DNA of 64,000 nucleotides from positions 70,962 through 134,961 of the forward strand of contig MU619300.1 of assembly GCA_025201805.1 (NCBI GenBank), read 5' to 3'. Made by a program: the position numbers and the translations under genes. Numbering within the stretch: the first letter of the stretch is position 1; every line of letters begins with the position of its first letter. Shown piece after piece: positions 27,046 through 39,499 of this stretch. The notes under the pieces are model-generated. The model worked only from the letters and a program-made list of their open reading frames with translations, was not told the DNA's origin and did no database searches. The stretch comes from Parasitella parasitica NRRL 2501 (taxonomy: Eukaryota; Fungi; Mucoromycota).

Positions 27046-28128
27046 TTACAAGCGAGCACGGAAATAATCGCCCAGGGCCACCATCACCAAAGTTTGCCAA
27101 ATGCCAAGACCAATGCGAGGTACGACGCCTCTGTAGAAGCCTTTGAGGCCATTCTTGCTGTAAATATATTTGGTTGCAGAGCCGATCGTCATTTTCTCAG
27201 GGCGCCCTTCAGTCCTTAGCTGACTTTGCATTTCAACGCGAATAACTTCAAGTGGTTGATTCCAGCAAGACAACGCACCTGCAGCAATAGATGCCAAAGC
27301 TTTATCTATACCATCAGCTACACCTTTTTCTCCATGTCTTGCCTTTACAATGGCTTCCTGTGCAAATCTTGCAATGCCAAATCTAGAAGCCCAATTGGTA
27401 CATTGGCGAAGTGCAACTGCGTTTACACCTTTATTGATGCCTGCAAACCCCTCCCTTCTATAGATATCTGCTGCAATCTTAAAAGTAGACTCAGTGCCAG
27501 CTGATAGGAGTGTTAGGTGCGATGATTACTACTACTCATTTCACGTATATACCTGATTTTTGTCTAGTCACTTCAACAGTCTTCATAAATGTACAAAACC
27601 CCATGGTACTGTAAGCTTGAGCAATGCCACCACCCATCCCGCCAATAATACCAGCCTTTGATAGAGCATATCAATTATATAGGTTTATGCCTAGCAATAT
27701 TAACTTACCATAAATGGAGATGCACCAGCTACAGAAGCTCTGTACTCTAATTCTGAGGCAGTGAATAGTAACACAGCGCCTTTGGTACTTGCTTCAATCC
27801 AAGCCCATGGGATGAGGCCTTGGTAGAAGCCAAAAACACCACCACGACCATAAATGGCCTTTAATCCCTCCCACATAGGCTGTCCGCGGTTGGCTGCCAT
27901 TTGTGTCTTGATCACTTCAAAAGGCTGACCTAACGTTGAGGTCTCGAATAAATTCAAACCTGTTTTTGATTGGAATTCACACGTCTTGTAAATGCCAATT
28001 CACATACGCTAGTAAAGAGCCTACATACCTGCACCAAGCAGCAATGTTTGATATGAGATTGGCTTCTTTTCAGCAATAGTTTTGTTAGAGAGAGGAATCA
28101 CAGCAGTGGGTAACTTTGTAGTTGACAT
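27046..28128 (-). CDS. YHM2: Mitochondrial carrier Yhm2 (citrate/oxoglutarate carrier family), multi-exon
   Basis: [93 protein letters not shown]. Confidence 0.92.
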
Positions 28129-29089
28129 ACTGTTAAGGCCGAAATGGGGATTTACGAACTTGTTTGGAACAGAAAAGAAAAACAGAGATGATTTTTATAA
28201 CTAATTGAATTTATATGAGGTGACTTGAATGGTGCTTACTTCAAAGCATATCTTTTCCCTCGAGACATTTCACAACATGTGCAAAAAATCATGATAATAT
28301 TCATAAACTTGTACTTGAGGGGATAACGAGCAAACCAGATGCACTAGTGTATGTGGATGCTCTGTTCAGTGTTTTGTACTTCAAAGCAGAAATCCATACA
28401 TAATATGTGTTTGTTGTTACTGATGGCAATGTGCTCGGCTATATTTTCACATGTCAATTAAAAAAACATCCAGAATCTCACAATATTTATGAGCCCATAA
28501 ATAAAGTATTTACTATGTTGATATCAAGGCACAAGAAGAAGGCGTAAAACTTTGATGGGGGTGGTGTATTTCCTTCTTGACGTGTTCAATTCTCCAGAAC
28601 TAAATGGGCCGCTCAAACTCATAGTTTTTATTTAATGCCCTTTTTTTTAAATTGATACATTAGTCAAATATAGTGCAACATATTTTACAAACTCGCAGAA
28701 CACAGACTTTTTGTCGACCGGTTGAAAAAAGTAAATTTTCTTTAATCGCAGATCCTAAATGTGATGCCAGTAGGATATTTTTGGAAGTCTGCTTCAGATT
28801 TGCACGATCTTGCATTAATTTATGAATAAATGTATCTTTTAATAGCACGTTTCTAACATGAAACAAGGAAGGACATGCTCTACCTTATGCCAAGGCTTCA
28901 AAAACTAGAGTTTAAGGGCGGTTGCAATTCGACTAAGAAACATACAATATAGCAAGTTTTCCTGCTTTTGGATTTTCCTATTCAGGTTTGTACCTGTGCT
29001 TTCTCATTATACACAACACTGCTAATATAAATGGTGATATGGTAAAATAAAGAAAGAGATTTTATTGATTTATATACAAAAATAAATAT

Positions 29090-29287
29090 TTAATGAAGTT
29101 TTGGGCATTGCTTGGCCTCTTCAGTGTTGGTTTGTATATTTCCATGTTCATCAATTGTCATGGCATGACCAGTTTCCTTTTGATGAATTTTGTTTGCTTG
29201 TTCAGCAACCTTCTTGCGTTCATCATCGGTAGTAACTTGATGAGTTTTTTCGACAAGTTCTTCGAGTTTGGCTCCTTGAGAATTCAT
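29090..29287 (-). CDS. Small hydrophilic hypothetical protein (65 aa)
   Basis: Clean ATG-to-stop ORF with protein-like composition. TATATAAATA lies ~55-65 bp upstream (~29342-29351, minus strand) and AATAAA follows the stop. Confidence 0.6.
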   Translation of the reverse strand: MNSQGAKLEELVEKTHQVTTDDERKKVAEQANKIHQKETGHAMTIDEHGNIQTNTEEAKQCPKLH

Positions 29288-30544
29288 GTTTTATGTTGTA
29301 ACGTGTGTACCGAATACTTGAGGTCTTTTGAAAAGAGTCTTATTTATATATAAGGCTTGTTTATGCGATTTTTGTTTCATTATCTCATCGGTACTTTACT
29401 AGTGTGGGAGTCTGATCCGCCTCAAACCAAGCAAATGTTGACTATGACGATGTTTCTCGGCAAATATGATAGAATTTGCGACATTACTTTGTAGTCAGGA
29501 AGCTTGAAAATCTCTTACTTTATAATTTCACATTTGGAATAGCTAAATAAGTAAAAGTACCTAGCTTTTATTGTGATACATAGTCGATTACTCTCAAACT
29601 ATCCGTGAAAGACGGTGTTTTGCGTTTACAAAAAGGCTTGCCAACAGGGAGTAATTAATATGAAACCCATTAAGCCAGGATTTTCATATACCAACAATCA
29701 TTTCAATTGTCCCCACATGTTTCTAATGTGGAAGTTTGAAACGTCCTATTGCAGGGTACTCTCAAGCCTCATGGAACTGAGAAGAGCATCAATCTAAATG
29801 TTACTTGGCCCACACTTGCGGGTAGTAAAGTTGATCTACTTGATAATATGAATGTTGACCCTTCACAGTATCTCAATAGAAAGAAGGGGAAAGCAGAGAC
29901 TAGATCTGTTAACTGAAAGAAAAAAAAAAAGACAAGTTCTTTCAAGTTTTCGAAGGGACCTAAATGTTGGAAAGAAAGACATTTACACGCTTTGCCTGCC
30001 ATTAGAGGGCATTTGAAAACTCATTAAATCTGGTAGTCACCCTAGTCAAGAATTAACAAGTACTGGTATCTACTATTCGTGTCTAAACCGTGGAGCTAAT
30101 CAACAATCATCAATGCAAAAAAATTAAAAAAAACAAAACCAAATATAACAGAAGAAGAAGCAGAAGAGCTCAATGAACAATCAGAGCTTATTCTGATAGA
30201 GATGAAGAGACAGCCCAATTACCCACCATTGTAATTAAAAAATGTGGTTCGTATTGAATTGGTTTTTCTGTGATATGTATTTTGAGGAAGAGCTTCACAT
30301 CAGCAGGTCTTTTGAAAAAATTCGTGTCTTGACTGTATATGTCTTGCTTTCGACTTTTTACCAAACGTGCTATGAAACTCTCTGATAGGCCCAAATGAGC
30401 TCGGTGAAACTTATACATGAAATACAAGCTAAAGTCCGAAGTGGCAATTTAAATCGAATATGAAAAACATGATCATTGAGATAAAATTAAATGATTTATT
30501 AAGTAGTAGATTGTAATTATGGGTTGCTAAAAAGTATTAGAGAT

Positions 30545-31658
30545 TTACTGAGGCGTGTTGGCTGGTTGAAGGACGGGCGTCTGGTAGCCGTGCATGGGAA
30601 CAGAAACCGAATTGGGATCATTTACAACATTCGCGGTATTCGCAGTATTTGCTGTATTGATGCCATTGGGATCATAAGTCTGTCCAGCTTGCATTGTGTG
30701 TGATATTCCAGGAGATAGTTGTTGTTGGCCCATGGAAGGAGAGACCATGTAGGGCTGCTGCAACATAGTAGCGTCTTGTCCATGCTGTGGTGTATGCTGA
30801 AAGACGGGAGAAGTAGCATACAATGGTTGGTTGGTGCCAGCAATGACATTGCTATCCTTGTAGTTGGGGTCAACTTGAGCCTTGTTTCTCTTACGACCGA
30901 TACCACAACATCCACGACGACCACCAGTACCAGTAGAAACATCTTTGTAGCTATTATCGTAGTAAGAATCCTTCTTGCGACCACAGCAAGTGCCACTAGA
31001 GTAGCAAAAGAAGGAAACAAGCAAGGAAAGAACTGCGCCAATGGTAATCCAAAGAGCATTACCAGCATGTGCATTCCAAGTGTTGTCTGCGCTTGTTATC
31101 TGCCTGATGCCAGATAGTACCAGCACAAGAGCCAAGATTAGAGCAACCAGCATGATCATGAAGTTGATGAACACAAGTGTGGACATGGAGTAACCCCATC
31201 CTCGTTTCTTCAAGCAGCAAATTGGAAGACTCATGAGCCAGAAAATGAAGCTCAAGCCGAGGGCAACGAACACCAAAATGAACAGACCTAAAAATAGGCC
31301 TTTTGTCATCCAACTGTTGGCTAGGTTGGGAACAAGATTGACAATGTTGGGCGTCTGGGCCCAGTTGTAAGCAGGAGTTGGCTGAGAGCAGCTTGATATA
31401 CCGCCATTGCCATCACCAGTGCAGTAATTCCTACCTGGAGTTAGACGAGCAAACAAACAAACAAACAAACAAGCTTGATTAGGCTTACCACAAACCAAGG
31501 TTGTACGACAGATTCTGCTGATTATTCCATGCCGAAACGTAGTAGATCTCAGTCAAGAATTGCCTATTAGACAGTTGGCCTATCATAATGAACAGTTCTA
31601 GTATAAAACTAAAGACCAAAAATAGGGAGCCTAATGCCGTAAAAGTAGGGAAACACAT
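30545..31658 (-). CDS. SUR7/PalI-family tetraspan membrane protein, one intron
   Basis: N-terminal TM (MCFPTFTALGSLFLVFSFILELFIMIG), YNLGLW-NYCTG...CSQPTPAYNW (claudin-like GLWxxC-C motif), three more TMs, Cys-rich and low-complexity tail. Confidence 0.85.
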
Positions 31659-32599
31659 TTGTTGACTGAATAAACAAACAAAAATAAAACAAAGAAATAG
31701 AGGTAGGCAGTAATGCTGATCTGAAGGGTTATATAACGTTGCATGAGACTGAAAGTCTCGGGGCATTACCATGGTGGTTATCCAATGAGACCAAAGACCA
31801 AAAAAGAAACCCTTGGTAACATGTATTGTTTATGTCATGATGAGAAACACAGTTAGAGTCTATTTGGGTGCAATCGAATGCATTATGGTGCGACGTACTG
31901 GTATCCATAATAATCTTTTGTTTCATATAGATACAGTGCTTCTGGTGAATTTTAGCCTTCTTTTTAAAGAAATTCATGGAGATTTCTGAAAGTGGAAAGG
32001 CAGTTTTTTCACCTTTTTAAAATATAATATGCACTAGAGTATACCATTAACGAGCAATCTCAATTTTGCTTACGCTTGAGTCATCGTCGCTCTTTGAGAA
32101 GTTTATCAATCACTGCCATTCATAAGGCAAACAATTCTATTGATTTTGATGAATGCACAACAAAAAACTTGGTGTTTTCAATATATAAAATTTAGAGTGT
32201 AATTCAATTATAAATACGCCCTGTTTCAACATTGAATGTCAATAAAGTTTTAACAATCAATACGCAGGATTTTGTATATAAAACTACTTATGATTCAAGA
32301 GAATTCGGGTGACAGTCAAGGTGAAACTATATAGATGCGCTGAAGAATAGATGCACTTTAATGGATCCAGAAAGGCGAGATTTACTTTACTGTATGCAGG
32401 AAACAAGCAGGCCATGGTGCATGCAAAGATGACAAGAACAAAAGCTATAAGACATTATGAAGTTCTAAGAAATAAACCAAACCTGCTTCCGTTCAAATCA
32501 TCAGAAGCGAAGTTAGCAAAGACCAGATAATGATCAGTGGCTTTATTATCACAAAGGCTTCTCTTACAAACAAATCATCAAATCAATTGATAGTTTGGG

Positions 32600-32780
32600 A
32601 TCACTGAAAAGAACTCAATCACATCCATCGGCAATTCTTGATGAAAGGGCCTCTTCTTTGAAGAGCCTCTCTCTTTTTAGCTTGCTCTTGCAAACGCACC
32701 AAAACTGCTTAATGGGATTGAGCTTTGAAAGATAGACACATCTATATCCACGGCTTTCTGTAATGCTTTTGATACCTCCA
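32600..32780 (-). mobile_element. Tc1/mariner (IS630-like DDE) transposase C-terminal fragment
   Basis: ESRGYRCVYL-SKLNPIKQFWCVCKSKLKRE...LSSRIADGC resembles the Y-x-C-x-YLPPYSPELNPIEQFW DDE motif with the PPYSP block deleted. Confidence 0.75.
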
Positions 32781-33258
32781 TTTATGTAAAGGAGGGGTTG
32801 TTGTTTTTGTCTATGGTCAAGCAAAATCATTAAAACCATTTTAATGTAAAGTTATGAATGTTTGCAAGATAGCTAATTGCAGATACAGTAATGTGTCTAA
32901 AACCTCTACTTTATTTACCGCCGTAGACATAAGAAGCGTGTTTGCCTTTATCCCTCTAATAACAGCTGCTTGAGTATACTGAGACACAATAAAGCAGATA
33001 TTTATTTTCTTTGCATTTTCTACAACTAAACAAATACATCAATTCGAGTGAACGCAACTCTTAATGTGCAGCAGGTAGCTCTTCGCACTTGGAATGTGAT
33101 GCTATCTTCCTACCATAGGAAATAATGACCTATGGCCCCAAAAGGTCAAGAGTCTCGTTTACAAGGGCAGTTTATGTTGTTGACATGAACATGATTACAG
33201 CAACAATTTCATTCAGGCAAATGATGGCATACAGCATAATGCCAACTCCTGCGCCACT

Positions 33259-33321
33259 TCGCGTTATTCTTGCATGAAAGGACCTTGCATTCAGCTTATC
33301 GTCACGCGATTTAAGACGCGA
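33259..33321. promoter_or_regulatory. Cluster of three ACGCGA (MCB-like) elements upstream of the RNR alpha homolog
   Basis: TCGCGT at 33259-33264, ACGCGA at 33304-33309 and 33316-33321, within ~150 bp of the ATG in AT-rich DNA. Confidence 0.55.
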
Positions 33322-33403
33322 TGTTTATTTATTTATAATCCAAAAAAGGATGTTTCATCGTTTTTCCCTCTTTCTTTCATCAAATAATTTTCACTGCCAA
33401 ACT

Positions 33404-35958
33404 ATGTACGTTCTAAAGAGAGGTAAAGTATAGATGTCGTCGCATGTACGCAACGTGCCGCTCACCAGCTTGCTTTATTCGAAAGACGGAACCCAAGAAA
33501 AAGTCTTTTTCGATAAAATTAGCTCTCGCATCAACATCTTGTGCAAAGGCCTGGATGAAAACTTTGTTGATCCTCCCAAGATCTCTCAAAAGGTAGTTAC
33601 TGGCATGTATCCTGGTATTACCACTGTTCAGTTGGATAATTTGGCTGCAGAGATTGCTGTGGACATGACGGACATTCATCCTGACTATGCCGTTCTGGCT
33701 GCCCGGATCTCTGTCTCCAACCTTCAAAAGGAAACGCATGACAAATTCTCAGATGCCATGCAAGAGTTATACAACAACAAGCACCCCAAGACAGGCGCTT
33801 CCAATCCTTTGGTTTCCAAGGAGTTTTTAGACATGGTTTTAGAAAATGCAGACAAGATCAATGCTGCCATCGATTACCAACGTGATTTCGACTTCAACTA
33901 TTTTGGTTTCAAGATTCTCGAACAGAATTATCTCTTGAAGGTTGGTGACAAAATTGTCGAGCGTCCTCAGCAAATGCTGATGCGTGTTGCGCTCGCAATT
34001 CACGGCCACGATTTCGAATCTGCATTCCAGGCGTACGACTACACCTCCCGCCAGCTTTTTACTTATGCCGAAACAACCATCTTGAATGCTGGTACTGCAA
34101 ACGGTCAGCTCTCTAGTTTCTTTCAAGTTCAAATGAAGGAAGATAGTATCGAGGGTATTTACGATACTGTCGCAACTTGTGCTCGTATCTCCAAAGCGTC
34201 TGGTACTGTCGGTATGAGCTTTCAAAAGATTCGTGCCTCGGGCTCTTATATCGCTGGTACTAATGGTACGTCTAACGGTATTATTCCCATGTTGCGTGTA
34301 TTCAATGATGCTGCACGTTTCATCACTCCTGGTGCTAAAAAGGTAAAGGGTACGTATGCTGTTTATCTCGAGCCTTGGCATGCCGATATCTTTGAGTTTA
34401 TTGATCTCTCGAAAAACTCTGGCGAGGAGAATCTCCGTGCTCGTCATCTCCTTCTTGGTCTTTGGATTCCTGACATCTTTATGAAGCGTAAGTTTTGCAT
34501 TGGCATAATTGTGCCATGTGTTCTGTGCTAACCCTGCGGTGGTTTTATAGGTGTCGAAGAGAATGGGGATTGGTCTTTAATGTGTCCTAATGAATGTCCT
34601 CGTCTTGATACCACTTATGGCCAAGAATTTGAGGATCTCTATCTGGGTTATGAAAAGGCTGGTAAGGCTAGAAAGACTGTATCTGCTCAAAAGCTATGGT
34701 TCTCTATTTTGGATGCTCAAATCGAGAGTAGCATGCCTTTCATGTGTTATAAAGGTATATCTGGCTTTAGTGATGAAGAGATACATTTGCTAACAGCATT
34801 TGCCATGCGATAGATGCTGCTAATGAAAAAAACAATCAAAAGAACCTTGGTGTCATCTCTGGATCCAACCTTCGTGCTGATATCATGCAATATTCGGATG
34901 CTGAAGAGGTCTCTTCCACCAATATTGCCTCCATCGCTCTTCCCAAGTGTGTTGATGCTCACACTCGCACCTTCAACTTTGAAACTCTTCACGACATTGT
35001 CAAGCTTGTCATCAAAAACCTAGATAGAATGATTGATGCCAACAAGTACGTACTGGAAGAGGCCGAGAAGAGTGCTCTCAAGCACAGAGCTATCGGGTTA
35101 GGTGTTCAAGGCTTGGCTGACGTATTCTTGATGATGCATCATCCTTTTGATTCCCCTGAAGCCCGCCAGTTGAACAGAGATATCTTTGAGTCCATCTATT
35201 TTGCTGCCCTCGAAGCTTCTAATGAATTAGCACAAAAAAATGGTGCTTATCCTTCATATGAAGGCTCTCCCATCAGTCAAGGCATATTGCAACACGATTT
35301 ATGGAATGTGGAAGGCTCTGATCGTCTTGATTGGGCTACGCTTCGTGCTAATATCAAGGAGCATGGTGTGCGTAACTCCCTCCTCGTCGCTCCTATGCCA
35401 ACTACCACCACTAGCCAATTTCTCGGTAACAACGATGGCATTGAACCTTATCAGAGCATGGTTTTCACTCATCGCTCTGCTACTGGCGAATGCCAAGCTG
35501 TCAACCCTCATTTGCTCAAGGACTTGATTGAGCGCGGTATGTGGAGCCCTCAAGTCAAAGATATGTTGATCCAATCCAACGGCAGTGTCCAAAAGCTTCC
35601 TTTGATCTCTGATGATCTCAAGAAGCTGTACAAGACTGTGTGGGAAATCTCACAACGTGTTGTCATCGATATGGCTGCTGATCGTGCTGCTTTTATCGAC
35701 CAGTCGCAATCACTCAACTTGTTCTCCGCCGACCCTAATTATAGTCGTCTTTCATCTATGCATTTTTACTGCTGGAAGAAGGGGCTGAAGACTGGTATGC
35801 AATATCTCAGGACGAGTCCTCTTGAAGCAATGAGATTAACTATGGGTGAAGAACAAAAGGAAGATATCGAACAGGAAATTGAAAAGACGGCTGAAGATTT
35901 GGCTGCTATCGCTTGTTCTCTTGAAAACCCTGAAGCTTGTGTTAGCTGTAGCGGATAA
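33404..35958 (+). CDS. RNR1-like: Ribonucleotide reductase large (alpha) subunit homolog, predicted catalytically dead; join(33404-33422,33486-34487,34551-34754,34814-35958), 789 aa
   Basis: ATP cone [91 protein letters not shown]-terminal CVSCSG. Three GT-AG introns keep the frame with no premature stop. The catalytic Cys residues are absent. Confidence 0.95.
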
Positions 35959-36294
35959 ATTGCTTGATTTTATTTTATTTTTTGCATTGTTTAAACTTGT
36001 ATCATATAATATCATTGTCAACCACTCTCCTTTCCCCTCTCTCTTACTTCAAAGAATCAATAAACAAAAAAGAACCCGTTTTCGCTAAAAGTAGTGGTTG
36101 TTGCGCATATAAATATTCCTTTCCTCTTGGAAAATCACATTCACGAGGAACTACTGAGAAGCCTATTATACAATGATAAAGCTAAATTTTATTAATTATT
36201 TTTGTATTTTTAATACAAAGACGTGTGTAAGAATGTATGCATGTACATTGGGTCATTCAATATAAAGCTATGGCAGGGTTGCACAACTAGGAAT

Positions 36295-37440
36295 CTACTG
36301 TAAATGGACAGTATACTGTAATTGAAGTCGATCCAAGTAGCTACAAACAAGATTCTTTGCAAAGCTATTGTCAAGTGCAATCCCAAAGGTTCGTTCCTTG
36401 TGACCCGTTCGCGTAGAATATGAAATGACTGGATCAGCGTAATAAGAAGGGCGAAGAAACACTAATTTAGTCTTCCAATCTTCTTTTTCAGGTGGGAGTG
36501 TATTGAAAATATACTTGAGGTACGTTAAAAGATTTGCTGGCTTGATATTCTTGATGCATAATTTGCTGTCTGCGAGGACATTCATCCATAGCATAAAATC
36601 TCTGACGGCTTCGAGCTGACTCGGTGGTTGTGAATCGTTTACTGAATCAAAGATACTGATCGTCAACTTTTCAGCATTAGTGAGGTTGAAGAGGAATTTG
36701 TTTAATTCTGCATGGTTAAACCCATTTGCTACTTTTGATGAAATCTCCAAATCTCGCAATGAGGAATGCTCCTTGGCCGGTATACGAGACATCAACGGTG
36801 ATTGTGTCAATTGGAATTTCACGTATGAAAGTCGAGTACTAGTATTTAGCACAGAGGAAATGATTGCAAGCGGATCAGTCAGAGCACCTAGAGTCAATTC
36901 TCTAAGATTGGGAAAGCCGCAATTCAACACTAGCTCGCAATTTACTTCAGGGCTTTGTAGATCAAGCTGTGTTATTGACAGCCGAAATTTTCGGACGCAC
37001 AAGCCGTAGTATATATCATAGTTAACGATAGGGATGCGCTGGAGCCGATCCAAGTGCATATCATCAGGCAATGAACTGAGTGAATGAAGCACAGCATTAT
37101 CAATAACGTTATTGCTGGTTATTGAGCGTATATCTCTGCAGTATTGAATAAACGATCTAACAGTTGTCGCAAACCTGTGCATGCTACTAATCTGGTAGAC
37201 ATTGAAATGAATACTTTTGACCAATGAGCCGCGCGGTGAGGAGCTGTATTGAGACTTCTGCATGTAGAGGGTGAACTTTACGAGGCTTATCTCGGTATTA
37301 AAATCCACTTTTTCGTATGGCTTTGATCCAACCGCGATATGCCATGTGTGACAAACAAGCTGGCATGCTGCAAGATCTGTCGAGTACAAGTTATTAAGTA
37401 CGTTTTCAAGTAGCTCAACAGGCAAATTAGAAATTGACAT
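36295..37440 (-). CDS. F-box domain protein (intronless)
   Basis: N-terminal ISNLPVELLENVLNNLYSTDLAACQLVCHTWH F-box, followed by degenerate LRR-like repeats. Confidence 0.85.
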   Translation of the reverse strand: MSISNLPVELLENVLNNLYSTDLAACQLVCHTWHIAVGSKPYEKVDFNTEISLVKFTLYMQKSQYSSSPRGSLVKSIHFNVYQISSMHRFATTVRSFIQYCRDIRSITSNNVIDNAVLHSLSSLPDDMHLDRLQRIPIVNYDIYYGLCVRKFRLSITQLDLQSPEVNCELVLNCGFPNLRELTLGALTDPLAIISSVLNTSTRLSYVKFQLTQSPLMSRIPAKEHSSLRDLEISSKVANGFNHAELNKFLFNLTNAEKLTISIFDSVNDSQPPSQLEAVRDFMLWMNVLADSKLCIKNIKPANLLTYLKYIFNTLPPEKEDWKTKLVFLRPSYYADPVISYSTRTGHKERTFGIALDNSFAKNLVCSYLDRLQLQYTVHLQ

Positions 37441-38177
37441 TATAAAATGACTGATGTAAACTGAAGAAAAAAAACGAAAAAAAGAAAAGATACCCAGTAC
37501 AGATTTATTCTTTGAGTGTGGAAGAATAAATTCATATGCATCAGCTTAATAGCTTGACGTCAATAGCATATAACACTCTATAAAATAAGCAAATAATTTG
37601 TATCTGTGATGTATCCAAAATACCATGTGCCTGATTTAAGTAAACACATCATCTTTGTACTCTTGGACTAGGATATGACTAAAGACTTTTCTTGTGATAT
37701 AAAATTCAATCTAAGCAATATGGTGGCTACATTGTACATATTGAAATGGCTCTCTTCAAACGAAGATTAGAAAATTTCAGATTATATTAGTGCCTCTTCC
37801 TATTAATTAACAAAACTGCGATGACGCATCACCTGTACATTATAAATATATTCTAGATTATCCCTATAGAATGCACAGCAGTGGTGGCAGTAATTTATCA
37901 ATTTAGATTCAATAGATCTAAAAGGACTCAAATTACAAGTGATTTACCAAATTCCAAGTTTATGTTTATTGTAAATTTAAACAATACCAAATAGATTCGG
38001 ACGCAGCTAGTGCACAGTTCATATTTATATTCTTAAACTCTTTATCTTTAGACTTTGTTTATTGCTTTGTCTTTGTCGTTTATGTGGCTAAATAGTTAGA
38101 TGTTCAGTCATCAGGGGGTAACCTTGATATTTCTGCTCCTTCCTCTTCATTTCCAGGAGTTAATGTGCTTACCCAAA

Positions 38178-38560
38178 ATGCCAAAAATCACCAATGCCAT
38201 CGATGTCAGAGTCAAAAGGTTACTAGAAATGAGCTCGTTGTAGACTACTTCAGACAGAGACCTTCAAGCTTCTCCTTGCAAAAGAATCCAACCAAAGCGT
38301 TACAGAGAGAGGCGTTCCCGTATGGATAAAAAAAAACGCCATTAGTTCAATCACATTGCTTACCAAGTTTGAGTATGAAACGTATTACCTGAGCTTTTTT
38401 TCTTTTTTCTTTTTTGAACCAGCTGCAAGAAGAAATATCAACACCTAGACGGACATATTTATAAACAAAGCTTGTTGGAAGCGATGTTCTTACAAATAAG
38501 CGGGGTTGTCGCTTCTTAAGGGATAAGTACCCAAGTCTAGCTTATGCTGTGTTAAGCAGG
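38178..38560 (+). mobile_element. Possible highly decayed Tc1-like transposase N-terminal remnant
   Basis: MPKITNAIDVRVKRLL followed by a GRPR-like segment near 38310, broken by stops; weak resemblance only. Confidence 0.25.
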
Positions 38561-39499
38561 CGGGCATCTTTTATCTTAAGTTCCTAGAAGGAATCCCTTA
38601 ACGATAAAAAGAAACTGGGTTGGCGAAACTTATCTCATGGTTGAGTATGAGGTGAAGAGTCCTAGCCTGAGCAATATTTTGCTGATTCTTACAGAAGAAG
38701 AGCCATTTTCTTTTTCTTTTTTAACTTCAGTATTTGAACCGTTGAGATGCTGAATATACTGTATTAGGTAATTGTGACAACACTTTGTATAAGGTTTACA
38801 AGTTATTCATGCATGAAAAAAAAAAGGTTTATGAGTTTTGTTAAAGAGAGTCTCAAAAGCACCATCGACACTGTACCTATGCACGACCATAAATACCTTA
38901 AATCAAGAGATAGTTTTTTCTCAGAACATCCCCTTTCTGAATGGGATTTGACTAACTACATCAAGTATTCCTAATGAAAAACATTCACAAGAGCAAAAAA
39001 TGCCCTCGAAAGAACGTTTTTATAACATCTGAAAAGCATTGCAAGAGATCTATCAATATCAGTGAGTAATTAAAAGGCTCTGTAAACAATATCTTCAAAG
39101 AAAGTGAAAACAAAGATGAAAACCAGGTACGTCAAGGAAAATTGTAGCAGACGGTCAAGTCGCTAAACTTTAATTTGCAACGATGTCTTGTTGTAAGAAT
39201 GAGTCAAGTTTATAAAATAAACTGCAATGTGATTTCTAGCAATATTGGCCTTATCGTTTCGTCAAGCAATACCACTATTAAAAAATATTGAAGGAAGACA
39301 AAATTTGAGGTATTTACGTAAATAACAAGTTTTAAGACTTTTTTTTTCTTGAATGATGTAGCTTTTTGTAAATATACAAAAGACAACAGCTACGTTAATG
39401 CTACAGATAAAGTATGGATTATGTAGCGTTTCCTCTGTTGGTAGCCACTCTTACATCTATATCTCCAACTGGTGCCAGTCTCCAGGTCTATACCATACA

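Noticed and set aside
29600-30450. Coding-like decayed sequence (also 18800-19180 and 38770-39150)
   Set aside because: Many stops and no recognisable motif; cannot be assigned without a search
33404-35958. Viral or horizontal origin of the dead RNR
   Set aside because: It has three spliceosomal introns, host-like codon usage, a eukaryotic-type [12 protein letters not shown] tail and no neighbouring viral genes
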